Of a DNA stretch of 64,000 nt, positions 16,944 through 36,885 are shown in pieces. The DNA comes from the human T2T-CHM13v2.0 reference genome, Homo sapiens, in assembly GCF_009914755.1 (NCBI RefSeq), contig NC_060944.1; one strand, given 5' to 3'. Position 1 is the first letter of the stretch, and each line of letters starts with the position of its first letter. Made by a program: the position numbers and the translations under genes. The notes under the pieces are model-generated. The model was given only the letters and a program-made list of their open reading frames with translations. It had not been told where the DNA came from and ran no database searches.

Positions 16944-17076
16944 CGCCCGCCCCGCCCTCCCGAGGCCCCGCCCCGCCCCCCGAGGCCCCGCCCCGCCCCC
17001 CGAGGCCCCGCCCCGCCCCCCGAGGCCCCGCCCCGCCCCCCGAGGCCCCGCCCCGCCCCCCGAGGCCCCCGCCCCG
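16944..17076. repeat. 20-bp GC-box tandem repeat (CGAGGCCCCGCCCCGCCCCC)x5 plus degenerate flanking units
   Basis: Five perfect units at 16961-17060; partial units at 16944-16960 and 17061-17076. Confidence 0.97.
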
Positions 17077-17224
17077 GCGCGGCGCGCAGGCGCGGTCCAT
17101 CCCGTCCGCAGAGCCGCAGTGCCGGGCGCCAGAGCAGCGGCGCCAGAGCAGCTGCACCATCCCGGCGTTCGCGTGTGCCGCCGCTTTCCTCCTCCATCTC
17201 TTTTCCTCCGCCTCCGCCGGCGCG

Positions 17225-17467
17225 ATGGCGAAGCCGCTGACGGACAGCGAGAAGCGGAAGCAGATCAGCGTGCGCGGCCTGGCGGGGCTAGGCGACGTGG
17301 CCGAGGTGCGGAAGAGCTTCAACCGGCACTTGCACTTCACGCTGGTCAAGGACCGCAATGTGGCCACGCCCCGCGACTACTTCTTCGCGCTGGCGCACAC
17401 GGTGCGCGACCACCTCGTGGGCCGCTGGATCCGCACGCAGCAGCACTACTACGAGCGCGACCCCAAG
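17225..17467 (+). CDS. PYGB: PYGB exon 1 coding part (aa 1-81; Ser15 phosphorylation site at 17267-17269)
   Basis: ATG in gcgATGG Kozak context; [10 protein letters not shown]...YYERDPK; donor AAG|gtgagg. Confidence 0.97.
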
Positions 17468-18896
17468 GTGAGGCGCTGCCCCGCCCTGTGCGCCCGTGCC
17501 CGCTGAGAGGGCGCCGGTCCCGGAGCCGCGCCAGCGGGGGTCTCTGCGGGGCGGCCCGTCGGGCGTTACCTGCGCCCCTAGCCGGCCGGCGGCCAGGCAC
17601 AGCCGACTGGGGAGTCGCCTGGAAGCCGCAGTCGGCGGGGGCCGGGCGTCCCCTGCGCAGGGCCGCGGCCACGGGTCCGCCCCACTGGGAGCCCGCGCCT
17701 GGCGGGGTCCGCCGTCCCCCGCAGATGATGCTGAGCCCGGGAGCCTGGCGGACGTTCCCGGTCTCTTTCTGGCCGTGCGCTTCCGCGCTGGCTGCAGAGC
17801 CGGTGCTCCCCGCCCCTGCCTCCAGCCACTCTTTGTTTTCCTGCAGCAGCCTGTGGGAGAAAATGGGACTGGAACCAGGCCTGGGCAGCCTTGTGGGTTG
17901 GAATGGGGTGAGCTCGGTAATCTGCAGGGAATTGTGAGACTTTTTTTTGTGTACGCTGCTTAGAAGAAAATCAATGAAGATGCCTGCTTCACGCAGGGAG
18001 GGGTACGAAGCTCAGAGATGGAGATGGAGCCCTCGAAGAAGGCTCTGTCTTAGAGGTTCCCACACCTCCCTTGGAGAAATTTGCTTGGGTTGAAGTTGAC
18101 AGAGATCATCTTACTAATTGTTACTTTTTATATCTTGCAAAAATTTGTTTGAGTAGTGAAACAAAGTCACTGATTGTCCCCGTTACTCTTAACCATGTTT
18201 ACTATGGGCCTGTGTTCTTGCTGTGTTTTTGGTATTCCTAAATATACATACACATTTTTAAAAAGTATAATGCACATACAGTTTTTTAGATTTTCTGTTT
18301 CATTCGTAAACATTTGTAACTTTTTCACTGATAAACAGCTTTGCAGGTCAATGGATAGGATGGTAGTTTTCAGTTTGATAGGTACATGGTAGTCTTGCAC
18401 AGCCCCCTGTTGCCAGTTTTTTGTTGTTGTCGTTTGCTTTTAAACTCTTGACCATGGAGAATTGTCTTTCTACTACACTAACGTAGAGGGAGAACTGGTG
18501 AGGAAAAGACACACTTCCAGACCTGAAGCCACTTGGCAAAGATTTTACTTGCAGTGTACATCTAGGCAGTGAGCACTTGCTTTATGGATGGTATTTTAGA
18601 ATATTTTTGTAGGGCATTAAGATATGTTTAATACGGTAATTGCTAAGAGATTGACTGCTTTTCCAAACTTATTCTGGGACATTCTTTTTTCTAAAATGGA
18701 GATGGTAAAAGGGACAGATTTGTTAGAATACCAACTGGGGCTCTTCATATTTGGTATGCAAAACATAGAAGTGGCAACGAATGGCCAAAACAGGTTATAA
18801 CAAGGGCTTGGGATGACTTTGCCAGGAAAAGCAGCCAAGAAGCAGTGGCTCCCCCAGAATTCCCTGCTGTTGGGAGAGTTCTGATGCACAGCACCA

Positions 18897-19195
<299 letters not shown>

Positions 19196-21343
19196 CGCAA
19201 CATCATTTTTATTGTCTAAGTGGCGGATGGCAAGGACATAGCTCTGCCTTCACATTCAAGGGCATTTCCTTGGAGCTGGACCAGGACTCAGCTCTACACC
19301 TTAGGGTGCCCATTGGAGTATTTATGTATAATCACATCCTGGAGAGGCCAGCGATGGGCTCAGGGATTACGGAAATGACCTTCATGAACAAGATAGTCCC
19401 TGCAACAAAACAGGTTTTTTGATCCTCCGTGAGATCTCTTTTGATTGTCTACGTGTGGTGGCTCTGGGTGGAAACCTTTCTCTTAAACCGCACAGTCTGT
19501 AAGTCGTAAAGTTGTAAACTTTTAGATCTCACAGTGTGTAAATAAGCTGTGTGCCTATTCTGAATAGGAAGGACATGGAAAATTGGGATTTAACTGCTTC
19601 TTTCGCTAATTCATGATGAAAATAAGCTTGCAATCCTTTCTTTGGAAAAGTTACATGCTTGCTGGTGATGGACCAGCAACCAGTCCCACCAGAGCCAATG
19701 AGAGGAGGTGTGCTCCCAAGAAAATAACTGCTGTGCCTCCCCCTCAGCCAGAAATGACCTCAGACATTCACCGGCACACTGCAGACTGTGGTAATGTGAC
19801 ACTCTAGAGCTCCTAAATAGAACGCTTTTATTGTTATTTTTGTCTTTTTTTAAATTATGCAAGTCCTGAAGGAAAAATTATTACTGGAGGAAAAATTAGA
19901 AAATATAGATAAGCCAGAAGGAAAAAAATTAACTGTAATCCTGTAACCCACTTCTATCGCCCACTTTGTGCTGTAAATATTTTGTGTTCTACATTGTTTT
20001 TTCCGTATTGGCAGAAACTTGTTTTTAATACATAAAATAACATTATACTGAACCTATTGTTTCATAACTCTTAGCACTTTATTTGTGGTACATAGCGAAA
20101 GAGTAGAAGTTGGGGTGTTCAGAGGAAGATTTGTCAAGCTTTGCCATGCTTGGCAAATCAGCACGTCAAAACATCTGGCTAACATGGAGAGCTTTGTGCT
20201 TGGCAAGAGGTGGCGGTTGGTCATGAAGACATTTAATGGATTCTCTGAAGTGGTGGCAAGGTGGCAAGAAGAGTCCAACCTGAAGCTGCAGAGCCTGGGA
20301 TTGCGCTGCATGGAGAAGAAAGGGTGTGCGTGATTCCACGCTCCTTTTCATCCTGGCCTTTCCATTCGGTCTGTGCAACTGTGGGCTTGGGCGGATTTCT
20401 TTGCCATTATTGGCCTCAGTTTTCTCATCTTTAAAATGAGGGGAATCAAGCTGGTGATGTTTCCGAAGTCTGTTGCCATTCTGAAATGTTAGAGTTAAAA
20501 TGTTTCTCTTTCATATTGAATTGACATTCCATCTCTATCCAGAGAGAATTTGAGGATGCTTATGCTAGATACAGCACAAAAGGTTCACATTAGAAGGCCT
20601 CAGAGTGAGGGTTGGGGTGGGACAGTGAGGGTCAGGACACAAAACACAGACCAGGATCCTGGCAGTGAAAGCAGCCCATGCCCAGTTATGAGAGTCACGG
20701 GATCCCTTCTGTAACATCCTGAAAGGACAGTTGCACGGTTTATTCTGTGGGCCTTTGTGAAGCTGTGTTGTCGATGTGCTGAGCCACTGACCTGCAGCAC
20801 CCCTGCAGTGGATGTAACAATCAGTTTTTGAGACTCTTCCCATAAGCTCCTGGCATGACTACAACACAGATTAAGGAAAAGCAGCTCTACCTTGGGGCCC
20901 ACACTGCTGTCCTAAATATTCCTAATGAGATAAACACAATGAAATACGATTAATCTTTTGGTTTGGCTGGACCCAGGAGTTAAAGAAGATGATCTAGAGA
21001 AGTGTTTTGCAGACGCTTCTGCTCTGTGATCCCCACTTCTGGGATTTGTTTTAATTAGTCAGTTGTGGTACCAGCCTCCGGAATCCTAACACTCCCAATT
21101 TTTCTGATGTATTTCCACTTTTATGTGTGAAGTTGAGCTTGCATCTCCTGGGCAGGCTTCCCTGACAGCAGATCGCTCAAAGTCATTTTCTCTGACCAGT
21201 AGCTGATGGTGGGTGCTGTTTTGTGTTGCTGACAGCTAGCCACTTGGAAGGTAGGCCTCAGCTGTCATTTTAGCAGATGGAGAAGCCTACAGTGTGTGCC
21301 TTCATTTTCTGCAGAAGACAGCCTGGCCTCTGCCCTTGCAGGC

Positions 21344-22390
21344 TGTGGTGGCTGGTTTTATGTGTCAACTTGGCTGTTGTGCCTAGATAGTAACGTGGAT
21401 GTCCCTCTGGGGGGGTCGGGGGGTGGTGTTTCCCACACTGACTGAGCATCTTACAATTCAGTTCCGTTCTGATGCTGTCTACCTAGATGTAGCCTCGGAT
21501 CCCACAGGCTAAAGGCTCAGTCCCACAAGACTTCTCCACCCCAGATGTCAGTTGCACATCAGGACCTCCCTTCTGACCTCTGACCGACAGCCTCCTCAGG
21601 TTTGATGATTTGCCAGAATGGCTCATGAAACTCAGGGAAACACTTCACTTGCGTTTACCAATTACTTACAAGGAATACAACCCAGGAACAGCCAGATAGA
21701 AGATATGCAGAGGGCAGGTCTGAGGGAGGGTGCAGGGGCTTCCATTCCCTCTGCAGGTGCCACTGTCCCAGCACCTCCAGGATTCACTGAACTGGAAGGA
21801 AGCTCTTCCATCCCCTTCAGTTGGGGATTTTATGGAGGCCGCAGTTACCTAGTGTGATTATTGGCCATTGGTGATGAGCTCAGCCTTTAGCCCCTCTCCC
21901 TTCACTGGAGGTTGGGGCTGGCGGGAGGGGTGGGCCTGAAACTTCCAACCCTCTAATTAGAGCTGGTTCCCCTGGCAGCCAGCCTCTGCCCTGAGGGGCT
22001 TGCCAAAAGTCACCTTTTGGTGACCACATCAGGCGTGGTTGAAAGGGACTTGTTATGAATAACAAAAGACACTTCTTTCATTTTTATTGCTCTTATCACT
22101 TAGGAAATTACAAGGGTGTTAGGAGCACAGGCCAGGAAGAACAAATAAGTATATCTCATTACATCACAGTTTCACAGCCTCCCATGGGGGAAGGCCTTGC
22201 AGAACAAACCCTGCCACCAGCTACCTTGCACCAGAGCTGCAGCTTGCCTGGGTCTCCAGCCTGCTGGCCCACCCCACTCTGTAGGTTGTGGCCTTGCACT
22301 TCAGAATCACTTGAGCCAATTTCTTAAATCTGTCTCTCTCTACACATACCTTACTGTTCTGTGTCTCTGGAGAACCCTGACTAATCCACA
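21344..22390. mobile_element. Nested LTRs: MLT2-like LTR interrupted by a MER21-like LTR (about 21405-22168)
   Basis: MLT2-type ends (ttttatgtgtcaacttggct ... ctctggagaaccctgactaat) around MER21-type motifs (gatcccacagg.taa.ggctcagtcccacaagact, gaaactcagggaaacact). Confidence 0.6.
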
Positions 22391-22416
22391 GGGGCTGTGG
22401 TGGCTTTATAAAATAT

Positions 22417-22721
22417 GGCCGGGCGTGGTGACTCACACCTGTAATCCCAGCACTTTGGGAGGCTGAGGCAGGTGGATCACCTGAGGTCAAAAGTTCGAGA
22501 CCAGCCTGACCAATATGGTGAAACCTGGTCTCTATTAAAAATACAAAAATTAGCCGGGCGTGGTGGTGGACATCTGTAGTCCCAGCTATTCGGGAGGCTG
22601 AGACAGGAGAATTGCTTGAACCAGGGAGCCAAGACTGCGCCATTGCACTCCAGCCTGGGCAACTCTGCCTAAATAAAATAAAATAAAATAAAATAAAATA
22701 AAATAAAATAAAATAAAATAA
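22417..22721 (+). mobile_element. AluS with internal deletions and (TAAAA)n microsatellite tail
   Basis: Dimer; about 10 TAAAA units at 22670-22721. Confidence 0.88.
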
Positions 22722-22841
22722 GGTAACCGACCTCACCTCCACATCTCAGCCATATTTCCTTTTAAACTTTATGTGATTTCAGACCCTTAAAAAGTTGCAA
22801 GAATAATACAGAGATTTCTTGTAATTCCTGTTGACGCTTCA

Positions 22842-23172
<331 letters not shown>

Positions 23173-24658
23173 TCACCCCCAAAAACGGCAGTGAGTACTC
23201 CGGAAAAACAGGGAAGCTCTCCTACACACCCACAGTAGAGCAGTTAAACTCTGGACATTTTAATCAACACAGTGCTGTTGTCTGCAAATCTTTTCAGTGT
23301 CACCAGCTGTCCTGCTTAATAAATACAAATAAAATGCAATAATACAATTGTAAAAAATACAAATAAATAATTGGGAGAACTTTAGAAGTCTTTTCAGATT
23401 ATATCTTTTATTATTATTATTATTAAACGGATCAAAGCTTTAAGCCATTTGGAAATTCAAAGCATCCTAAGACATGCAGCAAATAACCGCAGGAGATAGG
23501 AGCTGGCTTTTTCTCACCCATGCAGAATGGCATTCTTAGGATACGGTGAAGGGAAGAGAAGTGAACACAGATTTAGAAAGGTAATTGGACAGTAAGAGAA
23601 GTTCGGTTAACAGTGTCTTCAACAGTACCTTGAGTAGGAATGACATGTAATTTTAGGTATAGGTAAGTGGCATTTCTCGGCCTACAAACAGTTAAAATGA
23701 AAGATTAAAGTAGTGTTTAAAAACGATGACTGGTAGCTCACTAGGTATAAATATAGTTTGACACGGTCCAGATCACTTAGTGTAAGTTGATTAGGCTCTG
23801 TCAGTGATAAGGAGAAGGCTCCCATCGCTTTCTGGCTCTGGATTAGTACTGAATAGACTTTTTGTGGAGCTTAATTGCATAGAAGGCGGGAGACAGTGAC
23901 TTGTGGCAATGTGTGTCATGGAGTGTAGAAGGAATTTGTTTACTACAGAACCAAGTGATCTCTTAAGATCCCCATAAGTTCTAAAGTTCTATAATTCTTT
24001 TACATTTGACATTTTCAAAATTGAGCAAACAGACCTGTGTTTGAGTCGTAGGTACTGGAGTGAGAAGGAAATCCACGATCCACGTTGAGAAGCCTGCCCA
24101 CTGTTCATGGGAAGCCAAGTTTCCCTGGCAGTTAATTCATTAAGAAAGTACCGTGTGACTTCACAGGCTGGGAGCTTGAGAGATGTGCTAGCTAATCCTC
24201 ACATCCTTACAGCAGATACAGTAGTGGATTATCAGATTGCTCTGTGAGCAACTCCCCAGAAGCCCCCTCAGACACAGTGGAGTGGACACTGTGACACTGT
24301 CAAGGAAACCAAAGACCAACCTCAGCGTCTGGCAGGTGGGAGGCCCCTCAACATCTCTCCTCCCACAGGACCTCGGTTCCCCTGGATGGTATCTGAGACT
24401 GCTCAGCTCACCAGCAGGAGCCAGCAGGTCCAGCCCAGGGAGGTGGCCCCTTTGTGTCTGGAGGGGCTGGGAGCCCCCGCTCCAAGGCCTGGCTGGTGGA
24501 ACGTGGTGCCCACTGGCCTCTGGCTGGCTCAGTGGCCTGTGTTCCTGTGTCTTATCAGGGCCAGCTCTGTCCATAGTGCCTGGGTGGCAGGGAGGGACAC
24601 TCTGCCCTGTGAGTCACTCTGTGCCCATGTAGGAACCAGTAGAGGGCGGCTGGTCTGA

Positions 24659-25114
<456 letters not shown>

Positions 25115-26606
25115 TGAATGTTGGGAAAGTTCTTTCTTTTTCCACCAGAGTATTAAGACACTAACGTTAAATGAAGACTCTAGTTAAAAATCCCTTCAGA
25201 AAAGGGAGAAAAAATTGGTGGTCTCCACAGGCCCAATTCTGTGAATCTCTGTCTGTAAAGAACAAAATGAGGCTCTGCCAGTTGGTGTTACACTCTCTTT
25301 TCAGAGTCTGTTAACTCCTAAGGTGTCTTTAGGTGATTGGTATTTGGTGTACTGTTCGTGTTGATCATATTTTCATCTATTTTTGAGCTTTATGTTTTTC
25401 TATTATTTGCCTGGTTGTGTAGGCTTTGCATGTGATAAACTCTGTTAAAAAAAAAAAAGTGGAGGGCCTGGCTTGAACCCAGGAGGTGGAGGTTGCAGTG
25501 AGCCAAGATTGCACCATTGCATTCCAGCCTGGGCAACAGAGCGAAACTCTGTCTCAAAAAAAAAAAACAAAAAACAAAAACAAAAAACAGGCTGGCTTTA
25601 GGCTACTTAACACTTGTTATGTCATATTGCAAGAAGGGACCATGGTAGAAAGATCAATGGCCCAGTTCAATCCCAGGCGGCAGGGCCTCCTTAGAGCAGA
25701 GCTGCTGAGCAGGGAGGTTAAGGGATCGTGTTGGCATTTTCAGGCTGAAGCAGGTGAGTCCGGTTCTCCAACCAGCGCTCCCTGAGCAGGGAAGCCCTGT
25801 TCATGGTTGCACAGGAGGAGCCAGAGGGGAGTGAGTGGAAAGAGGCTGTCCTGCAGCAGCAGGATTTGGGGTCATGGAAGAGCTAGGTCCCTAGGCTGTT
25901 GCTTGGACAAAGCCTATGCCTTTACATGGTTTTTTTCAGAACTGCCACTTGGCAACTTTCTAGGCTTTGCATTTCTCCTTGAAAAGTCTGGTATGGTGAG
26001 GGGAACCAGCCTTGCCTGAGTCCTAGCCTAGCCCTGTGCGAGCCCACAGGTGAATGTGGTCCTCTCAGAGGCTGAGTGACTTGCCCAGGTCACCCAGCTA
26101 GCCAGGGCAGGGAGCTGGGATGAGACCCCAGCCTGTACCATTCAAGTCTGCATTTTCTTGGCCAGCTCCTCCAGCAAGCCTCTTTTCAGTTTCATGGTTT
26201 TCACTCTGAACCATATTAAGGTAAAAGCAAAATAGACACATCTCAGCAAATGATGAAAGTTCTTAAATTGAAACAAGTTGCAGAAAAACCTCAAAGCAGC
26301 AAAACACATTGCAGTCCCCAAGGACAGAGCCTGTGGCCCGGCAGGCCCTGGGCAGTGCCTTGGGGGCTGTGCTTCAGCAGGAGGCTGCAGAACCCTCGAT
26401 GTCTGCATGCAACCTGGACAATTGGAGACGCACAGGCTTCGAGTCTAGGCCCAGCACTTCCCGTGTCAGTCCTGTCCCTTACAAACAGAGATAATCAAGC
26501 TCTTGGGACATAACTGGTAAACTTTTTCCCCACAGTAGAAAAGTTCTAAGTAGAAGTTAGGAACTTTTGCAGAGAGAGCAAACTACAACCTAAAAACCCA
26601 CATTTT

Positions 26607-26731
26607 AGCCAGGTGTGGTGGCATGCACCTGTAGTGCCAGCTGCTTGGGAGGCTGAGACGCGAGGATCACTTGAGGCCAGGAGTTTGCAGCCAGCCTGGG
26701 CAACATAGTGAGACCGTCATCTCTTAAAAAA
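26607..26731 (+). mobile_element. Alu monomer (FLAM-like)
   Basis: Single monomer with A-tail. Confidence 0.7.
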
Positions 26732-28296
26732 ATATATACATTTTTAGTTAAAGGCAAAGTAAAAACATTCTGGTCATGTTCCTGGCCTGTCAGCTTTTTA
26801 TAAAACCTCTTGTTAATACTTGACCCACAGTATTTTCTCAGATAGCCAGGGTCTAGTTGGGCTCAGTATGATTTCGCACTGGTTAATAAACCCTGCCTGG
26901 ACAGTGCCTGTGGCTTCCTCTGCCAGAGGGGGGAGGCAGGTGCTATGGAAACCCCATAGAATATTAAGTTCGTTCAAATGTAGTGTAAATAAAATCCAGC
27001 ATGATGAAAGTCCACAAGAGGCCTGACTGTGAGTGACAGCAGCAGTAGTTGTACTTATAGCGGCTATGAGGACTCATTAATTATGCTGCTGTAATTCCTG
27101 TGACGTAAAGGACTTTGGAATTTATACAGTAATGTAGAAGCCTATATTCAAATGATCAAAAAAGTAAAAACAGGCCATTGAAGACAGAGCTATCATTTGT
27201 GTGTGTGTGTTCTTTCAATTTGTAGATTTAGGTATTTATAGAGTATTCTTAAGTTATGTATTAAAAACTTTATGGACCTCACCGACGACCCATGTAGAAT
27301 TCCAGGGAATCACTACATGGTGCCGGTCAGCGTGGTCAGCTATCTCCACTGTCAAGTTGCTGCCGTTTCCTTTCTGTGCTCCTCAGCAGGGTGTCGCTAC
27401 ATCCACCCCACCCTCAAGGTGGCAGACAGGGAAGTAAGCTCCTCCTCCTGGAGTGAAGAATATCAGAAAGTGTTTGGCCCCTGGTTAAAACCACCAAAGC
27501 AATTAGTAAATATTTCAGGGGAGATGTTGGCTGTGCACATATCCTGTTAGTCCTTGGAGTTGTGCCCACTGATCTTAGCATTCAGCCCTGGCCGCTGCAG
27601 GCCCGTGGATGGCCATGAGAAGTACTCGGTAGAGAAAGTAGGGCACCTAGAACCCCACTCAGGGCCCAGGAGGCACTGCATGGGTGGCCGTCCTTGATAC
27701 AGCACCTCACTGGCATAGAGCTGGCTCATGTGGCAACCCCAAGCCAGCCAGCCAGCAGGCATCAGCCAAGAGACTTCTGCTGGGGAACATGGATGCATCC
27801 ATTCAGCCGTCTGTGCTGCGTTCATTGGTGCTTCACGTGGGTGCTAGAAGTTGTGCTCAGGGCTTTCCATTGAGTACTTGAAGACATGGCCTGTGTTACA
27901 TCTGTGTTAGAGATGTGAAGTAACTTGCCCAAGGGCACATGGCTGTTAAGAGGCTGAGCTAAGTGCAGACCTGGATCTGTCCAGTTCTGGGTGCCTTGGC
28001 CCCAACCACCAACCTGCCCTGCCTCCCCACACATCATGGAAAGTTAGTGTGTGTTCATCCAGGGACTGGAGGGTCAGGGAAGAGAAGGCCATGTTGAGGA
28101 GGGGTCTCCTGGGTGGGCTGCTTTTGGGGGCTGCGGTCAGCAGGCTGCCTGACAGAGCAAGCCCAGTTTTTGTGCATGGGGTTGACATAAATGAAATCCC
28201 GAGTGGGGGCTTGGCTTCATGGGTCGTGTCATCTCTGTAACCTTCCTAAAGTGTAGAATGGAATGAGAAATCTTATTCTTTCTTCTGCTTCCTCAG

Positions 28297-28398
28297 CGCA
28301 TTTATTATCTTTCCCTGGAATTCTACATGGGTCGCACGCTGCAGAACACGATGGTGAACCTGGGCCTTCAGAATGCCTGCGATGAAGCCATCTATCAG
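28297..28398 (+). CDS. PYGB: PYGB exon 2
   Basis: acceptor ttcctcag|CGC; [34 protein letters not shown]; donor CAG|gtacag. Confidence 0.96.
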
Positions 28399-29560
28399 GT
28401 ACAGAGCCTCATGGCCGGGCTTCTGGGTGGCCCCTCGTGGTGCTTTGAGGTCTGAATCCATTTTCCCACAGAGGTGAGCCCTGATGTTAAGACTAGCAGC
28501 TATCTGGGAATCGGGAGATTTACGGCCTGTTCTCCCCTCCTGGAAGGAATGGGTTGGCGGGGCTGCTCTCTGTTTTTGAGAGTAGAAAGTAAGAATCGAA
28601 CGGACCGCAAGCTTGGGGTTGAATTGGGATGCGAAGGTGTGGAGGTTCTAGAGGCCATCCCACACCCCACCCCACCTCCGGGGCGGATTTAGAGCACTGC
28701 ACCAGTGGTTGGTATTATTCCATTTTGACTTCATCAAACTGCTAACCCATGTCTGGTTTCCCTCCCTCCACCCCTGAGATGACCTCCGGAGCTCACCCTA
28801 GTTGTCTAGTTGTAAAAGCACTATTTCTCCCCTAAAAACAAAACCTGCCTTTTCTTGAGAGTTCTTCATTAGCACTTGTTCACTTTGAACTTAATCCTTT
28901 CACAGTTCCTTTGTGGTTTTAGAGCAGAGCAGCCATTGGCTTTTTGGTCTGTCTTCGCTTCCCTTCCCAGCTGAGTCTCTAGAGTATAACCTTTTACCTG
29001 CGCATAGATGGGTGCCTTCATGGTGGGGCCCCTCCACCTCAGCGCCCTGCCACCGCCTTTGCTTTGCTTGGGTTTGGATGTGTGTGGGAGGAGTGGGGGT
29101 GTTTTGTTGGGGGCAAATGTCTTGCATGGCTGGGAGGCGGCTCAACATTGCCTGGGGCTCCGTCTCCCCCTGCAGGACCTCATAGCAGTGTCTGTGCTCA
29201 ACAAAATGCAACAAAAACTTCACTCCGCATGTTCGAAATTAGCTAATGGTGCTAAAGGTTACCCTGGCAGGTGACTTGTCATTTACGTCTGTTTACTGAG
29301 TGTTAACATTAGGGCATGTCTGTAAGAAGTACAGAACATGTAATATCTTAGTCTTGTCTTTGGATTTTACCATTATAGAATGCATTTTCTTTTTTGAAAC
29401 ACTTTCTGCAGTTCTTACATATAGTAAAAATTTTAGGGAATAGTTTGCCTCATAAACATGCAATATGTTTCTAATTTTTATTCACAGAAAATGAATGTTA
29501 ATTATAGAAATTTAGAAATTGCGGGCAAGCATGTATCCTTTTAAACTTTGTATACTTGAT

Positions 29561-35300
<5,740 letters not shown>

Positions 35301-35324
35301 TAGATCAATTGATTTTTTTTTTTT

Positions 35325-36495
35325 AAAGGAAATAGGTACCAAAACAATTCAGTGGAGAACGATGTCTTTTCAACAAATGGTATTGGGATATTTGGATATC
35401 TACATGCAAATAAATGAAATCGAACCCCTACCTCACATTACATACAAAAATTAGCTCAAAATGGCTCAAAGACCTAAATATAAGAGCTAAAAGAATACAA
35501 CTTTTAGAAAAATATATAGGGATCAATCTTCATGACCTTGGATTAGAATGATTTCTTAGATATGACACCAAAAACCCAAGCAACGAAAGAAAAAATAGAT
35601 ACATTGGACTTCATCAAAATTAAAAACTTTTGTGCATTAAATAAAGACAACCTACAAAATGAGAGAAAATATTTATAAATCCTAAATCTGATAAGAGTCT
35701 AGTATCCAGAATATATGTAAAGAACTCTGACAACCACAAAAAGACAACCCAATTGAAAAATGGACAAAAAGACTTGGATGTTTCTCCAAAGATGATATCC
35801 ACATAGCACAAAAAGATGCTAAATGTGATTAGCTATGAGGGAAATGCAAATCAAAACCACAATGAGACGCCACTGTATTCCCACAAGAATGGCTATAATC
35901 ATAAACACAGAGAACAAGTGTTGGTGAGGATATAGAGCAGTTGGTGTGACTGTCAAATCTTGCAGTCACTTTGGAAAATAGTCTGCTAGTTACTAAAAAA
36001 GTTAAGCATAGAATTCTCATGTAGCCTAGCAATTCCATTCCACGGTACAGGTCTCAGAGAAATGAAAACATATGTCTACATGAAAAGCTGTATATGAATT
36101 TCACAGCAGCATTATTCATAACAGCCAAAAGTGGAAACATCCAAATGTTTATCAATTGATAGGGTAGGTAAACAAAATGTGGGCTAGCCATACAATGGAA
36201 TAGTACACAGCAGTACAAAGACGGGAAGGGCTGACACATGGCACAACATGGATGAAGCTTGAAAACATGCTTATTGGAAGAAGCCATGAAATATCCAAAA
36301 TAGGTAGATCCATAGAGATGGAGAGTAGATCAGTGATTGACAGAGGTGGGGGAAATAGGTTATGACTGCTGATGGGCACGGGGCTGCTTTTTGGTATGAT
36401 GGTTTGGAATTAGTGGTGATGGTTGCACAACTCTGTGAACATACACTTCTAAAAGGCGAATTTTACGGTTAATGAATTATATCTCAATAAAGAGA
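35325..36495 (+). mobile_element. Older L1M (MB/MC-like) 3' fragment, sense
   Basis: caacaaatggt...ttggatatc, ggacttcatcaaaattaaaaactttt, gaaatgcaaatcaaaaccacaatgag, tatatctcaataaa. Confidence 0.8.
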
Positions 36496-36592
36496 TAAAG
36501 GTTATTGGGTGTACTGCAGTGCTCTTTTTCTGTCTTCAGTTCAGAAGCCCACTGCAGCAGAGTTTTGGACTTTGTCAGCTACTTTTTGTGTC

Positions 36593-36885
36593 ATTGTTGT
36601 TGTTGAGACAGGGTCTTGCTCTGTCACCCAGGCTGGAGTGCAATGATACGATCACGGCTCACTGTAGCCTCAACCTCCCGGGCTCAAGCCATCCTTCCGC
36701 CTCAGCCTCCCGAGTAGCTGGGACTGTAGGCGTGCACCACCGTACCCAGCTAATTTATTTTTTATTTTTAGTAGAGACATCTCATTATGTTGCCCAGGCT
36801 GGTCTTGAACTTCTAAGCTCAAACGATCCTCCCACCTTGGCCTCCTAAAGTGTTGGGATGACAGGCTTGAGCCACCGCACCCAGC
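36593..36885 (-). mobile_element. AluJ-like element (intron 2)
   Basis: Antisense dimer with J-type gggctcaagc. Confidence 0.85.

Larger units (their letters stand above)
16300..17830. promoter_or_regulatory. CpG island / TATA-less PYGB promoter spanning exon 1
   Basis: Very high GC content and dense CpG, many GGGGCGGGG/CCCCGCCCC (Sp/KLF) boxes, no TATA box seen; boundaries approximate. Confidence 0.9.

Noticed and set aside
16961-17060. Regular 20-bp repeats as a CRISPR-like array
   Set aside because: Units are directly adjacent with no spacers, and the context is a eukaryotic promoter.
16214-17963. Long overlapping ORFs across the CpG island (240, 201, 373, 155 aa) as separate genes
   Set aside because: Explained by stop-codon scarcity in GC-rich sequence and by the T-free tandem repeat; low-complexity products with no recognisable domain.
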